From: a virus
IMG/VR virus record: IMGVR_UViG_3300036719_006047
Span: 64,001-128,000 of that record
Reading direction: 5' to 3' (one strand)
Length of the DNA: 64,000 bases
Shown here piece by piece: positions 35,412 to 44,971 of the stretch. The first letter of the stretch is position 1; every line of letters starts with the position of its first letter. The notes under the pieces are model-generated. The model saw only the letters and a list, made by a program, of their open reading frames with translations. It was not told the DNA's origin and searched no databases. Position numbers and translations under genes: made by a program.

Positions 35412-36367
35412 CAGCGAAGCAGCCTCTAGTGAGCGAGATTCGCTCGCTCCGAGAAGCAGGAGGCACAGGAAAAAAGATCAAGGTCAGCGTGTGGCGCAAC
35501 ACCACGATCTTTGACGCAGGCGATGTTGCTCGCCTTTGCGCGGCTGTGTCGATCTGTACACAAGAAAGCAATTACTTCATCCAAGAAGAGCCGCAAGAGT
35601 ACAAGTTCGTCTTGCTCAACAAGAAGCAGGAGAGATTCTTTGCGGTGAGTGCCTTGCAAAACGTATCGCTAGCAAAAGTAGCTGCTTGCCCTGACATGAC
35701 CTTAGAGTGGTGGTCCTCGCCTCCGGGAACCACAGGCAGTAAAGTGATCTACGCGTCGAATCAGCTGGCTCAGTCGTCTGCAGCAGAGATCGTTAGCCGA
35801 GAACTCGACTGCTCAGACCCGAAAAGGCCCTTGTTCAAGCTCACGCGAGAAGAGGTGGCTTGCGTTGTGGGAACGATGTATTACGACATTATTTCTGCCT
35901 TCGATTATCGGGAAATCAAAGACTGGCCCATCAGCAGCATAGCGAAAAAGGCATCTCCAATCCGGGAACTGTTCGGGAGAATGCGGCAAAGCGAAAAAGA
36001 GATCAACCCGAACCACCCCGTCATCGCGGGCGTGATCGATCAGATCGAGGAAATGCTGCATCCGCACCCGCTACAGCTGAGATTCGCGAAGAAGCCATTC
36101 TCTTTCAGCGTGTCCCCCGAGAGAGAAAAGCTCCAATTGCTGGAAACGAAGCTGGACAACAGGCGCTGTCGAATCATGACAGCACAAAGAAAGTTGGTTC
36201 GACTGATGAGCAGCAAAAAAGCATTCATTAGCGAACCCTGGGCGTCAGAGGGGTACGATGAAGTGTTGAAGAAGATCGAGCAGTCGTATGAACTGCTACG
36301 TGCAGCAGAGCATGAAATCAGGCTAATGACCGAAAAAGCATTCACCAAGAGGCTTGAAATCAAATGA
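35399..36367 (+). CDS. W[RK]N-motif paralog 3
   Basis: SVWRNTTIFDAGDVA; RFAKKPFSFSVSPEREKL. Confidence 0.8.
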   Translation: MAIVTAKQPLVSEIRSLREAGGTGKKIKVSVWRNTTIFDAGDVARLCAAVSICTQESNYFIQEEPQEYKFVLLNKKQERFFAVSALQNVSLAKVAACPDMTLEWWSSPPGTTGSKVIYASNQLAQSSAAEIVSRELDCSDPKRPLFKLTREEVACVVGTMYYDIISAFDYREIKDWPISSIAKKASPIRELFGRMRQSEKEINPNHPVIAGVIDQIEEMLHPHPLQLRFAKKPFSFSVSPEREKLQLLETKLDNRRCRIMTAQRKLVRLMSSKKAFISEPWASEGYDEVLKKIEQSYELLRAAEHEIRLMTEKAFTKRLEIK

Positions 36368-37329
36368 GCTACACTCCGAAAGACCCTGTCGTTGCTCCCA
36401 TCCGTGTGGAGTTCACTCCCGGCCCGTCCTTCAGCGCGAAACCCAGAAAACAAGTGGGCTTCTTGTGGAAGAACACGTCGATTTTCCACAGCGAAGATCT
36501 GTTGCGTTTGTTGCTCATCGTAGGCGCGATCACAGATGAAGACTCTCACTACGAGAATCCGAAAGAAGAAAAACACTTCGTCTTTAGTACCGACACCAGC
36601 GCAAACTGGGTCAACATCGAGCGGCCTTGGCGCAGGAGTGAGCACATGTACGACGTGTCTCCTGTGATGAAAGAATTGTTGACGGAACAACGCTCAAGCA
36701 GCTACTACTGCAAGATCGTGATTGCCACCAATCACCCGGCCAAAGAGACCAGCGCGGAGCTCTTCTCCCGAACCATCGACAACAGCGACGGCAAGTCTTA
36801 CTTCCTCCTTCGCGACGAAGAAGTGATCGAATTGGCCGTTTCTGTCGTTAACTCCATGTACAACAGGGCGTCTGCCGAACTGCAAGCTATTTTCCGGGAG
36901 ACGTTCTTCGGAGGCGTAGACATCAACAGCTTCCACAGCAGAAAATACACTGTGCAGTCTGCGCGAGAGACGTGCGCAAAAAGAGTCGAAGAATTCATTC
37001 GCATGGCCTGCGATGACAAGATCCCGAAGATCAGGTTCAGCAACAAGCAGCTCTTCTTCAGCACTTCCCCCGACAGAGAGCGGCTCGGTGAGATGCAAAG
37101 AGCCTTCAAGACGAAGGCGTACGATGTGAGAGCTGTGCGAAAAAAGTTGCTCAGCATCAAGAAGGTGTCAGAAAAGCAGCTCAAGATTGAGTTTGCAAAG
37201 GAAGCGAACGAAGCGGCAAGACAGCACTTGATCAAGGCGGCGGAAGAGTTGATGAAAGCGGAACAAGCGATGCAGCATGCGATTGACGAAGCTGCGAAGA
37301 ACTACGACAGGATCTCGGAGGTCAAGTGA
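36364..37329 (+). CDS. W[RK]N-motif paralog 4
   Basis: FLWKNTSIFHSEDLL; RFSNKQLFFSTSPDRERL. Confidence 0.8.
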   Translation: MSYTPKDPVVAPIRVEFTPGPSFSAKPRKQVGFLWKNTSIFHSEDLLRLLLIVGAITDEDSHYENPKEEKHFVFSTDTSANWVNIERPWRRSEHMYDVSPVMKELLTEQRSSSYYCKIVIATNHPAKETSAELFSRTIDNSDGKSYFLLRDEEVIELAVSVVNSMYNRASAELQAIFRETFFGGVDINSFHSRKYTVQSARETCAKRVEEFIRMACDDKIPKIRFSNKQLFFSTSPDRERLGEMQRAFKTKAYDVRAVRKKLLSIKKVSEKQLKIEFAKEANEAARQHLIKAAEELMKAEQAMQHAIDEAAKNYDRISEVK

Positions 37330-38267
37330 AGAAAACTAACCCACAATCAGCAGAGCACAAAGGCCACACAGCTTTCGTCTGGAAGAACAACTCCAACCTG
37401 TACGGGCCCGACTTGGCGCGGTTCGTGTTAGGCGTCATGTCTGTGTCGAATGAGCGCAAGTGCAGAGAGAGCGAAGAGGACAAGGAAGTTCACTTGATCT
37501 TGTTGTCCTCGAAGAGGCTAAACAAGGTTCAAACCGTTGGCAGTTACAGCCCTCTGCTGACGAAAAAGATGGTCGCAAGCTGCCCCAACATGCTGTACAT
37601 GCTTGAGGGGGCGGGTCAGTTGCACTTCAATCACAGGATCTTCCACGTTCCCGACAGGTACTCAGAAGAATCGCACTCACAGAAAATCACGAGAAGGATG
37701 AGCAAAGAAGGCAAGTTAGACCTCTTCAGCCTCAACGGAGAGGAAATCGTCGACATAGCCATAGCGGTATTGAAGTACAGTTGGAACAGCTTGCCGTATG
37801 AAGGCACAAAAGAATTTTGCGATACTCTTGGCGTAGCGGCAGACGTGATGGCTCGCCTTCTGAACATCTCATGCCTCGAAACGTACTTTTACGACAGAGA
37901 GGTAGTTGAGTTCAGGCAGAATCTGGGAGACAAACTCCTCGCAGAGTTCAATGTCACGCGCATCGAAGACATCAACCTCCGCTTCAGGTACCGCAAGTTC
38001 AGCTTCCACACTTGCAGAGACAGGGAAAGAATCAAGGAAGAGAACCAAGTACTGCTCAAAGACTGGCAAAATTTGAAGCAGAGTGCGAAGTACATCAAAA
38101 TCTGCATCGAAAGGAAGCTCAGCGCTTTTGCAGGAGCGGCTGCGATCGAGGAATTTGAAGCGTCAAAGCCATTGCTACAAGAAGCTTTGCTCAATCTCCA
38201 CAAGGCTATGCAGGCCTACGAACTCACCAACAACAAACTCCGGGATGCCTACGATGCGACTCTCTGA
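37326..38267 (+). CDS. W[RK]N-motif paralog 5
   Basis: FVWKNNSNLYGPDLA; FRYRKFSFHTCRDRERI. Confidence 0.8.
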   Translation: MKKTNPQSAEHKGHTAFVWKNNSNLYGPDLARFVLGVMSVSNERKCRESEEDKEVHLILLSSKRLNKVQTVGSYSPLLTKKMVASCPNMLYMLEGAGQLHFNHRIFHVPDRYSEESHSQKITRRMSKEGKLDLFSLNGEEIVDIAIAVLKYSWNSLPYEGTKEFCDTLGVAADVMARLLNISCLETYFYDREVVEFRQNLGDKLLAEFNVTRIEDINLRFRYRKFSFHTCRDRERIKEENQVLLKDWQNLKQSAKYIKICIERKLSAFAGAAAIEEFEASKPLLQEALLNLHKAMQAYELTNNKLRDAYDATL

Positions 38268-39369
38268 TCTGGCTGATGTCATCTTCTCCACTTGGAAGCA
38301 CAACCCCACTCAGTCCATCTTCGTCATGGGGCCGCCCGGCATCGGCAAGACCTCTGTCGCGGCCGCCGTTGTGGATCGCATCCGAAAGTACAACACAGAC
38401 AACAACGTCCAGGGCCCCGTCGTCTGCCACATCAAGGACCTGTCGTCTTCGTTGCCCGAAGACCTCAACGGTCTGCCGAAAACGGACGGCGAGGTGATGC
38501 GCTTCGTTCCCGACACCTGGCTCGCCGAGTGCTGCAACCCTGAAGCCTCCGGCATCCTCATCCTCGACGACCTGCCGGCAGCGACTGCTTCCATTCAGGT
38601 GGCAGCGCGTCAGCTCGTTCTCGACAAGCGCATCCACGAGCACAGGCTGTCCAGCAAAGTCATCGTTGTCGTAACTGGCAATCGTCGTGAGGACGCTTCT
38701 GCGGCCAAGACACTCCCCGCTCACTTCCGCAACTCCGTGTTGACGCTCGAAGCTGAGGCGAACTTGGCGGACTGGACTTCGTGGATGCGCTCCAAGGACG
38801 CAGACCGCTCCGTGACGGACTTCCTGGCCTTCCGGCCGCAGCACTTCTCTCGGCTGCCCGTCAATGCCGACCAGCGCGGGGTGTTCGCAACGCCTCGTAC
38901 CTGGAAGATGCTGTCCGACCTGATGCCGGTCGCTCTCGAGACCAAGAAGCTGTTCGAGATCAGCGCCGGTCTCGTTGGCGAGGGTGTGAGCGCGGAGTTC
39001 GTGGCCTTCAAGGACATGAGTGATGCGCTGCCTGACCCCAAAGCCGTGCTCGAAGACCCCTACAAGCACTACCCCAGCAACCACGACATCTGGTCCAACC
39101 GCCCCGACTTGATGGTTGCCGTGCTGTCGGGCATCTCGTACTACGCAGGCAAGGCCAAGAAGACAAAAGACTTTGTTCCTGTCGACGCTTACGTGAAGGC
39201 TGTTGCCTACTTGTGTTCCCGGTCCACCGAGTACTTCGAGTTCGCTTTCCAGGCTTTCCGCGACAGTGGCGGTCGCGAAATGGCTTTCTTGACGGCCGCG
39301 CAGCAGCTGTCGACGACTGACTCGCGTGTGGCCCAGCTCAAGGCCAAGCTCCGTGAGGTGTTCGCGTGA
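38254..39369 (+). CDS. MoxR-like AAA+ ATPase, copy A
   Basis: GPPGIGKT, PEDLNGLP, LILDDL, TGNR, FATPRTW. Confidence 0.9.
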   Translation: MRLSDLADVIFSTWKHNPTQSIFVMGPPGIGKTSVAAAVVDRIRKYNTDNNVQGPVVCHIKDLSSSLPEDLNGLPKTDGEVMRFVPDTWLAECCNPEASGILILDDLPAATASIQVAARQLVLDKRIHEHRLSSKVIVVVTGNRREDASAAKTLPAHFRNSVLTLEAEANLADWTSWMRSKDADRSVTDFLAFRPQHFSRLPVNADQRGVFATPRTWKMLSDLMPVALETKKLFEISAGLVGEGVSAEFVAFKDMSDALPDPKAVLEDPYKHYPSNHDIWSNRPDLMVAVLSGISYYAGKAKKTKDFVPVDAYVKAVAYLCSRSTEYFEFAFQAFRDSGGREMAFLTAAQQLSTTDSRVAQLKAKLREVFA

Positions 39370-40538
39370 CTAGCAGAGAAGAGACTTTCGCTCGTTTCTC
39401 GAAGGCGAGAACTTGGTTGATCGGCCGGATGCCTTTCTTCGGGCACCTGGCTCTCAACCTCAAGCTCGATCCTGTGGCCGGGGAAGATCAAGGAGTAGAA
39501 ACGGCTTGCATCTACCCGACGGGTGAACTCATCCTCAACGACAAGTTCGTCGCGTCGTTGACCGATGCTCACTTCAGGTTCGTTCTGGCCCACGAAGTGC
39601 TGCATCCAGCATTGTTGTGCCATGTGCGCCGCAAGGGCAGAGATCATCTCGTCTTCAACATGGCGCACGACTACGCCATCAACTTGATCATCACAGAGGC
39701 AGTCGAAACGGCAAAAGAGCACAACAACTGCTGTATGCCGCTCAAAGGGCTCATCGATAACGCTTACAAAGGCCTTTCCGCAGAAGAAATCTACGACAAG
39801 CTGTTGGAGAAAGCAAGCATCGCTTATTACGCAAAAGGAGGCTTCGATCAAGACGTCGCAGAGAAAGAAGCCAAGACTGAGGACAAGGAGCAAGACAGCA
39901 TCTGGAAAATGCGTCTCGCGGCTGCGAGCGTAGCGGCTTCTCGCTCGAAGAGAGGCAACATTCCTGCCGGGTTGCAGAAGATCATACAAGAGATTTTGCA
40001 GCCCCAGGTGTACTGGCTTGATGTTCTCGCGGAGTACGTGTCGGGTTGTTTGGGCGGAGACATTTTCACTTACAGCAGGCTGAACCGCCGGTCAGAGGGC
40101 GCAGGATGCATCCTGGCCGGAAAGATCAGCGATGAGATGCCCGAAGTGACAGTGTTGTGGGACACGAGCGGTTCGCAGCAGGGGTGGGAAGACACCGTTT
40201 TCGCGGAGCTGAAAAAGCTGCAAGATGACATGGCGGTGCCCTTCCGGCTCATGATCATCGATACCGTGTTGTACGCAGACATGATGGTAGACGACGTCGA
40301 CGATACTCTTTCACAGCTCAAAGGTGGCGGCGGCTCCGACTTCAAACCCGCTTTCGAGAAGCTCGAGCAAGAGAACAACCAGTCAGTCGTCATCGCATTC
40401 ACAGACGGCGCGATCGGTGTGCCAGAGACACCGCCACCGTTGCTCAAAGATGTCATCTGGGTGCTGACGGGACACTATTCGAGCCCCCCGGCACAGTACG
40501 GCCGCTCGATCTACATCGAGAAAGGAAAGTCGAAATGA
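39366..40538 (+). CDS. DUF2201-type metallopeptidase-vWA protein, copy A
   Basis: HEVLH (HExxH), N.AHDYAIN, WDTSGS, GGGGSDF, FTDG. Confidence 0.88.
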   Translation: MTSREETFARFSKARTWLIGRMPFFGHLALNLKLDPVAGEDQGVETACIYPTGELILNDKFVASLTDAHFRFVLAHEVLHPALLCHVRRKGRDHLVFNMAHDYAINLIITEAVETAKEHNNCCMPLKGLIDNAYKGLSAEEIYDKLLEKASIAYYAKGGFDQDVAEKEAKTEDKEQDSIWKMRLAAASVAASRSKRGNIPAGLQKIIQEILQPQVYWLDVLAEYVSGCLGGDIFTYSRLNRRSEGAGCILAGKISDEMPEVTVLWDTSGSQQGWEDTVFAELKKLQDDMAVPFRLMIIDTVLYADMMVDDVDDTLSQLKGGGGSDFKPAFEKLEQENNQSVVIAFTDGAIGVPETPPPLLKDVIWVLTGHYSSPPAQYGRSIYIEKGKSK

Positions 40539-41323
40539 AAGAAGGCGATGCCATCACGCACTTCGACAACTCTTTGCTAAACCCAGAACTGGAGGGAAAT
40601 CCGAAATACTGCTTCCGGATTCGAGTGATCGGCAACAACACAGAGCTGAGCACACAGCACGTAGAGAACACGGTCAACAACGCGCTGCGGCTTGCCTGCG
40701 AAGAAGACAAGCTGCCCGCTTCTGTGTCAGAGAAGCTTGAGCCGGTTTACACGCTGTTGGTGCTGAACCGGTTGAGACGAACAAGCAAGCGGGACTGGCA
40801 GTTGTCGCGGTTTGTTGAAAGCTGTCGCCTGTTCGCCAAGGTGAGCTCCATTTACGCCCTGAAACAGGTAAAGCCAAAAATGAGAGTGTCACCTGCTCTG
40901 TTTGTGTTGGACGTGTTTGACGCATCAAAGGTCTTCAGCGCGTCAGAGCTGATCGCTTTTTCTTCTCCCACAGGACTTGTTGTCCCCGGTAGTGAGATTG
41001 CAGGGCTTGCGTCATACGTGCTGCAGAGGCTCGAAAACCCCGACGATGTCAGATTTAAGCGGCGAGATGAGATACTGGTCCGAGTGTGCGCGGAAGCTCT
41101 GATTGCGACAAGGAAGCCGAAGCAAGAAGGTGTAACCGCCAAAGAAGCAGTAGCACTCGGCAAGAAAATCGCAGCGCACCGCACTCGGCGGCTGAAGATG
41201 GAAAGGCTGCAGAAGAACTTGAGAGAAGCACAAAGAACCCTAGCAAAGCTGTCCCGAGATAGCCGCAACGATCTCAAGCAAGACATGAAAGACTTCTACA
41301 CAAAGGGGACTCGCAAGAGATGA
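40535..41323 (+). CDS. Hypothetical protein with basic coiled-coil C-terminus
   Basis: ATGA overlap, 262 aa. Confidence 0.75.
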   Translation: MKEGDAITHFDNSLLNPELEGNPKYCFRIRVIGNNTELSTQHVENTVNNALRLACEEDKLPASVSEKLEPVYTLLVLNRLRRTSKRDWQLSRFVESCRLFAKVSSIYALKQVKPKMRVSPALFVLDVFDASKVFSASELIAFSSPTGLVVPGSEIAGLASYVLQRLENPDDVRFKRRDEILVRVCAEALIATRKPKQEGVTAKEAVALGKKIAAHRTRRLKMERLQKNLREAQRTLAKLSRDSRNDLKQDMKDFYTKGTRKR

Positions 41324-41904
41324 ACGACCGCACGTACCGCTTCCCTCTGAAAAAAGGCGCGAAGCTCAAGGAAGACAACGGCTACGCTCTGTTGGCGGGA
41401 TTGACCTCCATCGCTCCGTTCCTTCACGGCAGGGAGAGTGTCCAGATCGCACCTATCGCGGGATCTCGCGTCAGCAGCGGTGTTCTCGTGACTGACGCAC
41501 GAAGCAAACTGCAGGTGAGAGGCATCACCCGGGAAGAAGCTGAACTGCTCCAGAAAAAGACTTTTCACGTTTCGGGAGAGGAGGTTGAGACTGGCCTGTT
41601 CCAGGAGGTGAAGTTTGCGTTCTTCCCCTGCTTGGCTTCTCGCCTTGTGATCTTCCGAGATGTGTTCAGCAAAGAGCAGTTCATCGAGAAGGTCAAAGAA
41701 GTTGCAAGGTCAGGCGATGTGGAGCTGGGGCGCCGGAGAGTGTTGACTCTCAAGAACAACAGCATGATCGGCTTCAGCGTGGTTTTGAAAGGACTGAAAG
41801 AAGAAGATTCGATCCGACTTCAGGCGGAAGGGATGGGCAAGTTCACGTCGATGGGTTGCGGGGTGTTTCACCACTTCCGACCGAACAGCACTCAACTGCG
41901 ATAA
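41320..41904 (+). CDS. cas6: Solitary Cas6/Cmx6-like protein (type I-B/Myxan family)
   Basis: DNGYALL (family DHGYALY), LHG..., LASRLV, LGRRRVL.LK...IGFSV, LQAEGMGKFTSMGCGVF (GhGxxxxxGhG loop). Confidence 0.85.
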   Translation: MNDRTYRFPLKKGAKLKEDNGYALLAGLTSIAPFLHGRESVQIAPIAGSRVSSGVLVTDARSKLQVRGITREEAELLQKKTFHVSGEEVETGLFQEVKFAFFPCLASRLVIFRDVFSKEQFIEKVKEVARSGDVELGRRRVLTLKNNSMIGFSVVLKGLKEEDSIRLQAEGMGKFTSMGCGVFHHFRPNSTQLR

Positions 41905-41984
41905 GCGGCAGAGGTAGACGATGAAAATGAACTTTGATTGTGTGCCGGAAGAGATGCTGTAGCCCCTGCCTGGAGGAACTGGAA

Positions 41985-42596
41985 ATGAAGTCAGTCGCTC
42001 ATCCGAAAATCCGCACCATGTGTGAGATGGCTTGCCGGATTCGAGACATGTACGGGTACAAGTGGGTCTTGCACAAACCCAAGCACATCGAATGGCTGTT
42101 GTCCGACTCTCCCATCGGCCCATTTTCGCTCAAGTTGACGGGAAGAAAGAGGAGCAACTTTGTAGTGCTGTTATCGGCCGGTCCTTTCGACGGATGGACC
42201 GGAGGCAGCGAAACCTGCCCCGAAGAGCAAAAGTACTACGCAGCTCTGATCCACGAGATGAGCCACCTGACGCTCATGGATGGTTCTCCTGAAGACATGG
42301 GCACCGAAGAAGAAGGTGTCGTGCTCGAGACCGCGTGGCTTGATGCTTTGAGACCGACAAGGGAGATCAGAGCCGGGTACCGGGAGTACTCTATCGACAA
42401 AACAGAGATAGTCATAGACTACGAGAAGTGGGCCACCATGAACTACTCCGATATTCGAGGCCCGAAGAAGATGAAGTGGTGGGAGGAAGCACAGAAAATT
42501 TTGATCGAGAAAGGCGTCTTGACCAAAGGTGGCGCCCCGACCTGGAAGCGTACGAGGATGGGAGATGCCAAACACTCTGCCCGAAAATTGGTTTGA
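41985..42596 (+). CDS. Hypothetical HExxH metallopeptidase-like protein
   Basis: LIHEMSHL...E motif; GGAGG RBS. Confidence 0.65.
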   Translation: MKSVAHPKIRTMCEMACRIRDMYGYKWVLHKPKHIEWLLSDSPIGPFSLKLTGRKRSNFVVLLSAGPFDGWTGGSETCPEEQKYYAALIHEMSHLTLMDGSPEDMGTEEEGVVLETAWLDALRPTREIRAGYREYSIDKTEIVIDYEKWATMNYSDIRGPKKMKWWEEAQKILIEKGVLTKGGAPTWKRTRMGDAKHSARKLV

Positions 42597-42831
42597 GGTA
42601 ACACCAGCCTGCTACGAGTACAGGTGCTTTCCGTTCGATACGGACAAATACGGCAAACCGAAGCCGGGAACAGCATACCTCACTGTCGTTACGGTACAGA
42701 AGCGAGAAAACTCTATCGAGGTCAGCATAGACTCTTTTTCCGGAGGCTACGCTGACGGAGCAGCCGCACTGTCGACAGAGATACCGTTAGAGATTATAAA
42801 TCGCTTGATAGCAAGCAGACCGAAGGAGTGA
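42565..42831 (+). CDS. Hypothetical protein
   Basis: 88 aa; its 3' end lies in the 99-bp repeat. Confidence 0.7.
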   Translation: MPNTLPENWFEVTPACYEYRCFPFDTDKYGKPKPGTAYLTVVTVQKRENSIEVSIDSFSGGYADGAAALSTEIPLEIINRLIASRPKE

Positions 42832-42871
42832 CCGCATGACCCGCTCCCTGATCCCTTTCCTGGCTGTCGTT
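42773..42871 (+). repeat. 99-bp direct repeat, copy 1
   Basis: 97/99 identical to 44972-45070. Confidence 0.95.
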
Positions 42872-43024
42872 TATGGACTACTTCTGAAGTCTGCGCCGGT
42901 TGCGGCGCATGGTGGTGGCTTCGATGCGTCCAGGTTCAAAACCTGCGGGCAAAATCAAAATTGGCCGAAGTGGATGTTCAATCTTGATTGTCTGGAGTCA
43001 AAAAATGAAGTATCTGAACAATGA
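42836..43024 (+). CDS. Small protein starting with the duplicated signal-peptide stub (possibly a junction product)
   Basis: MTRSLIPFLAVV, same start as 45035. Confidence 0.45.
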   Translation: MTRSLIPFLAVVYGLLLKSAPVAAHGGGFDASRFKTCGQNQNWPKWMFNLDCLESKNEVSEQ

Positions 43025-44417
43025 CGATGATCTCATTCTCCCTCCTCCTGAGAAATCACTCCCGCAAAGACATGCCGGGAGGGTGGGTTTGGGAGTAGGG
43101 GTTGCAACAATAGTCGGGGTTATTACCTTTGGCACTATGGTCGATCTCAGGGCAGATCTTGAGAAAACCCAGAGTGAGATTATGAGGCTCAAAGACGCCC
43201 TCGCACTTGAAACCGAACTTCTGAACAGGAAGCTCAATAAAGTCCAGAGGGTCCAGGAGAAAACACTTCAAGTGGAGGCACGGCTCATCCAAGTAGGGAA
43301 GACGGGGCACGAGGCTTGCGTGGAGGCGGGCTTTACTTGTGGCTTTGTCCTTTCTACGTCAGTCGTAGACTCAAAAACAGTAGACTTTGCTGGGTGGCAT
43401 GTGAGCACCTGCGACTCGAAGGTCTACAAGTCCCGCGGAAAACATCTCCTCACTGGAGATTACATCCGTGGACCTGGCGTGAAGGGGGCTTATAGTGATG
43501 ATCTCCTCCTTTTAGAGGGGGAAGATAGCTACACCGCATACTGTATCACCAACCCCAGCCGGGGTTCAGAGATTCCCTTTTCGCCCATTACTGGGGGTTC
43601 GGTGGATTACCCGATGGTTCAAGTCCCAGCGGGCACCTTCGTGATGGGCTCCCCGGGGGACGAGGCAGGGCGGTACATCGACGAGGTGCAGCATTGGGTG
43701 ACGCTGAGCCGCGGCATCTGGATGGGGACGACGGAGGTCACGCAGGGGCTGTGGCGGGCGGTGATGGGGAGCAACCCGTCCACCGCCGAGTACGAGGGTG
43801 TGTCGCTGGTGGGCGCCACGCTGCCGGCGCAGACCGTGAGCTGGTGCGAGGCGGTGGCCTTCGCGAACCGGCTGTCGGCGCGGGAGGGCCTGCCGGCGGC
43901 GTACCGCGGGGTGGACCAGTGCGAGGCCAGCGAAGGCACCAGCGTGGTCTGGGACCGGTCCAGCGCGGGCTACCGGCTGCCGACGGAGGCGGAGTGGGAG
44001 TACGCGGCCCGCGGGGGCGTGGGTGGCGCATATGCGGGCGGGGTGAAGGCGGAGGGGGTGTGCGCGGTGGCGAACGTGCTGAACCCGTCGGCGAAGCAGC
44101 GCTTCGGCTTCGACCATGAGGCCTTCGGGTGCGAAGACGGGCACGCGGGCGCGGCGCCGGTGGGGAGCTTCCGGGCGAACGGGTACGGCCTGCACGACAT
44201 GACGGGCAACGTGTGGGAGTGGTGCTGGGACTGGTACGGGGCCTACGGCGGCGCCAGCGCTGACCCCACGGGGGCCCAGTCCGGCCGCAACCGGGTGGTT
44301 CGCGGCGGCTCCTGGTTCGGCGACCCGCGCCGCGCCCGGGTCGCCCGCCGCGACGGGGGCGTGCCCGGCTTCCGCGTTGACTACCTCGGCTTGCGTCTCG
44401 TGAGGACGGTCTTTTGA
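43005..44417 (+). CDS. Membrane-anchored coiled-coil protein with C-terminal FGE-sulfatase (C-type lectin fold) domain
   Basis: TM helix; FVMGS, TEVTQ, RLPTEAEWEYAARGG, YGLHDMTGNVWEWCWD, RVVRGGSW. Confidence 0.92.
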   Translation: MKYLNNDDDLILPPPEKSLPQRHAGRVGLGVGVATIVGVITFGTMVDLRADLEKTQSEIMRLKDALALETELLNRKLNKVQRVQEKTLQVEARLIQVGKTGHEACVEAGFTCGFVLSTSVVDSKTVDFAGWHVSTCDSKVYKSRGKHLLTGDYIRGPGVKGAYSDDLLLLEGEDSYTAYCITNPSRGSEIPFSPITGGSVDYPMVQVPAGTFVMGSPGDEAGRYIDEVQHWVTLSRGIWMGTTEVTQGLWRAVMGSNPSTAEYEGVSLVGATLPAQTVSWCEAVAFANRLSAREGLPAAYRGVDQCEASEGTSVVWDRSSAGYRLPTEAEWEYAARGGVGGAYAGGVKAEGVCAVANVLNPSAKQRFGFDHEAFGCEDGHAGAAPVGSFRANGYGLHDMTGNVWEWCWDWYGAYGGASADPTGAQSGRNRVVRGGSWFGDPRRARVARRDGGVPGFRVDYLGLRLVRTVF

Positions 44418-44430
44418 TCGCAGGGCATGA

Positions 44431-44458
44431 CTTGGATCGGGAATTGTCCTGATCCAAG
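44431..44458 (+). other. 12-bp hairpin 13 nt after the lectin-fold gene
   Basis: CTTGGATCGGGA-ATTG-TCCTGATCCAAG. Confidence 0.65.
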
Positions 44459-44512
44459 CATCAGTAAGGCTTCTTCAAAGCTTTACTTGACCAGTCACTT
44501 AAGGAGGATCAA

Positions 44513-44923
44513 ATGGAAACCCGCAAAACTGCCACGTTCAAGAATCACTTGTGGCTCAAGCATTACGAAAAGTTGATTGTTTTGGCTACGCTGCTCCAAA
44601 TAACGGCATCCGTCATTAATTCGTTGGGACAAATAAGTCGCAACGTCGACCTCAGCAATGCGAATGGGGCAATCATCGTGACGGGACTCTCGCTGGGGTT
44701 AGTGATCCACGCTGCTGCAGGGTTTGGTCTTATGGCTATAGCGTCTAACCTTCAGGCCTCCAACAGCAGGGCAATCAGGCTTGTCTTAGCCGTGCTACTT
44801 TCCATTTACCCTTTCGTTTGCTTCATGGTGCCCTTCAATCTTATTGCGGGGTTGGTGGTGGGCGTAAACGAGATCGGGGGTTGGTGGAAGTCAAGGTCTT
44901 CGGACTCTGACCCCCGCAAGTAG
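44513..44923 (+). CDS. Membrane protein (3-4 TM)
   Basis: GGAGG RBS; hydrophobic segments. Confidence 0.8.
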   Translation: METRKTATFKNHLWLKHYEKLIVLATLLQITASVINSLGQISRNVDLSNANGAIIVTGLSLGLVIHAAAGFGLMAIASNLQASNSRAIRLVLAVLLSIYPFVCFMVPFNLIAGLVVGVNEIGGWWKSRSSDSDPRK

Positions 44924-44971
44924 GGGATTTTGGTCAGCATATCCCCAGTCTGATTTCTCGCGCTGCCTTGG

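Noticed and set aside
41905-41984. Possible CRISPR repeat or mini-array just after cas6 (GTGTGCCGGAAG)
   Set aside because: Single short match, no hairpin and no second copy; better explained as a 13-codon ORF with its own RBS.
43005-44458. Complete diversity-generating retroelement
   Set aside because: No reverse transcriptase, Avd or template repeat was found in the window; retained only as a possible orphan target.
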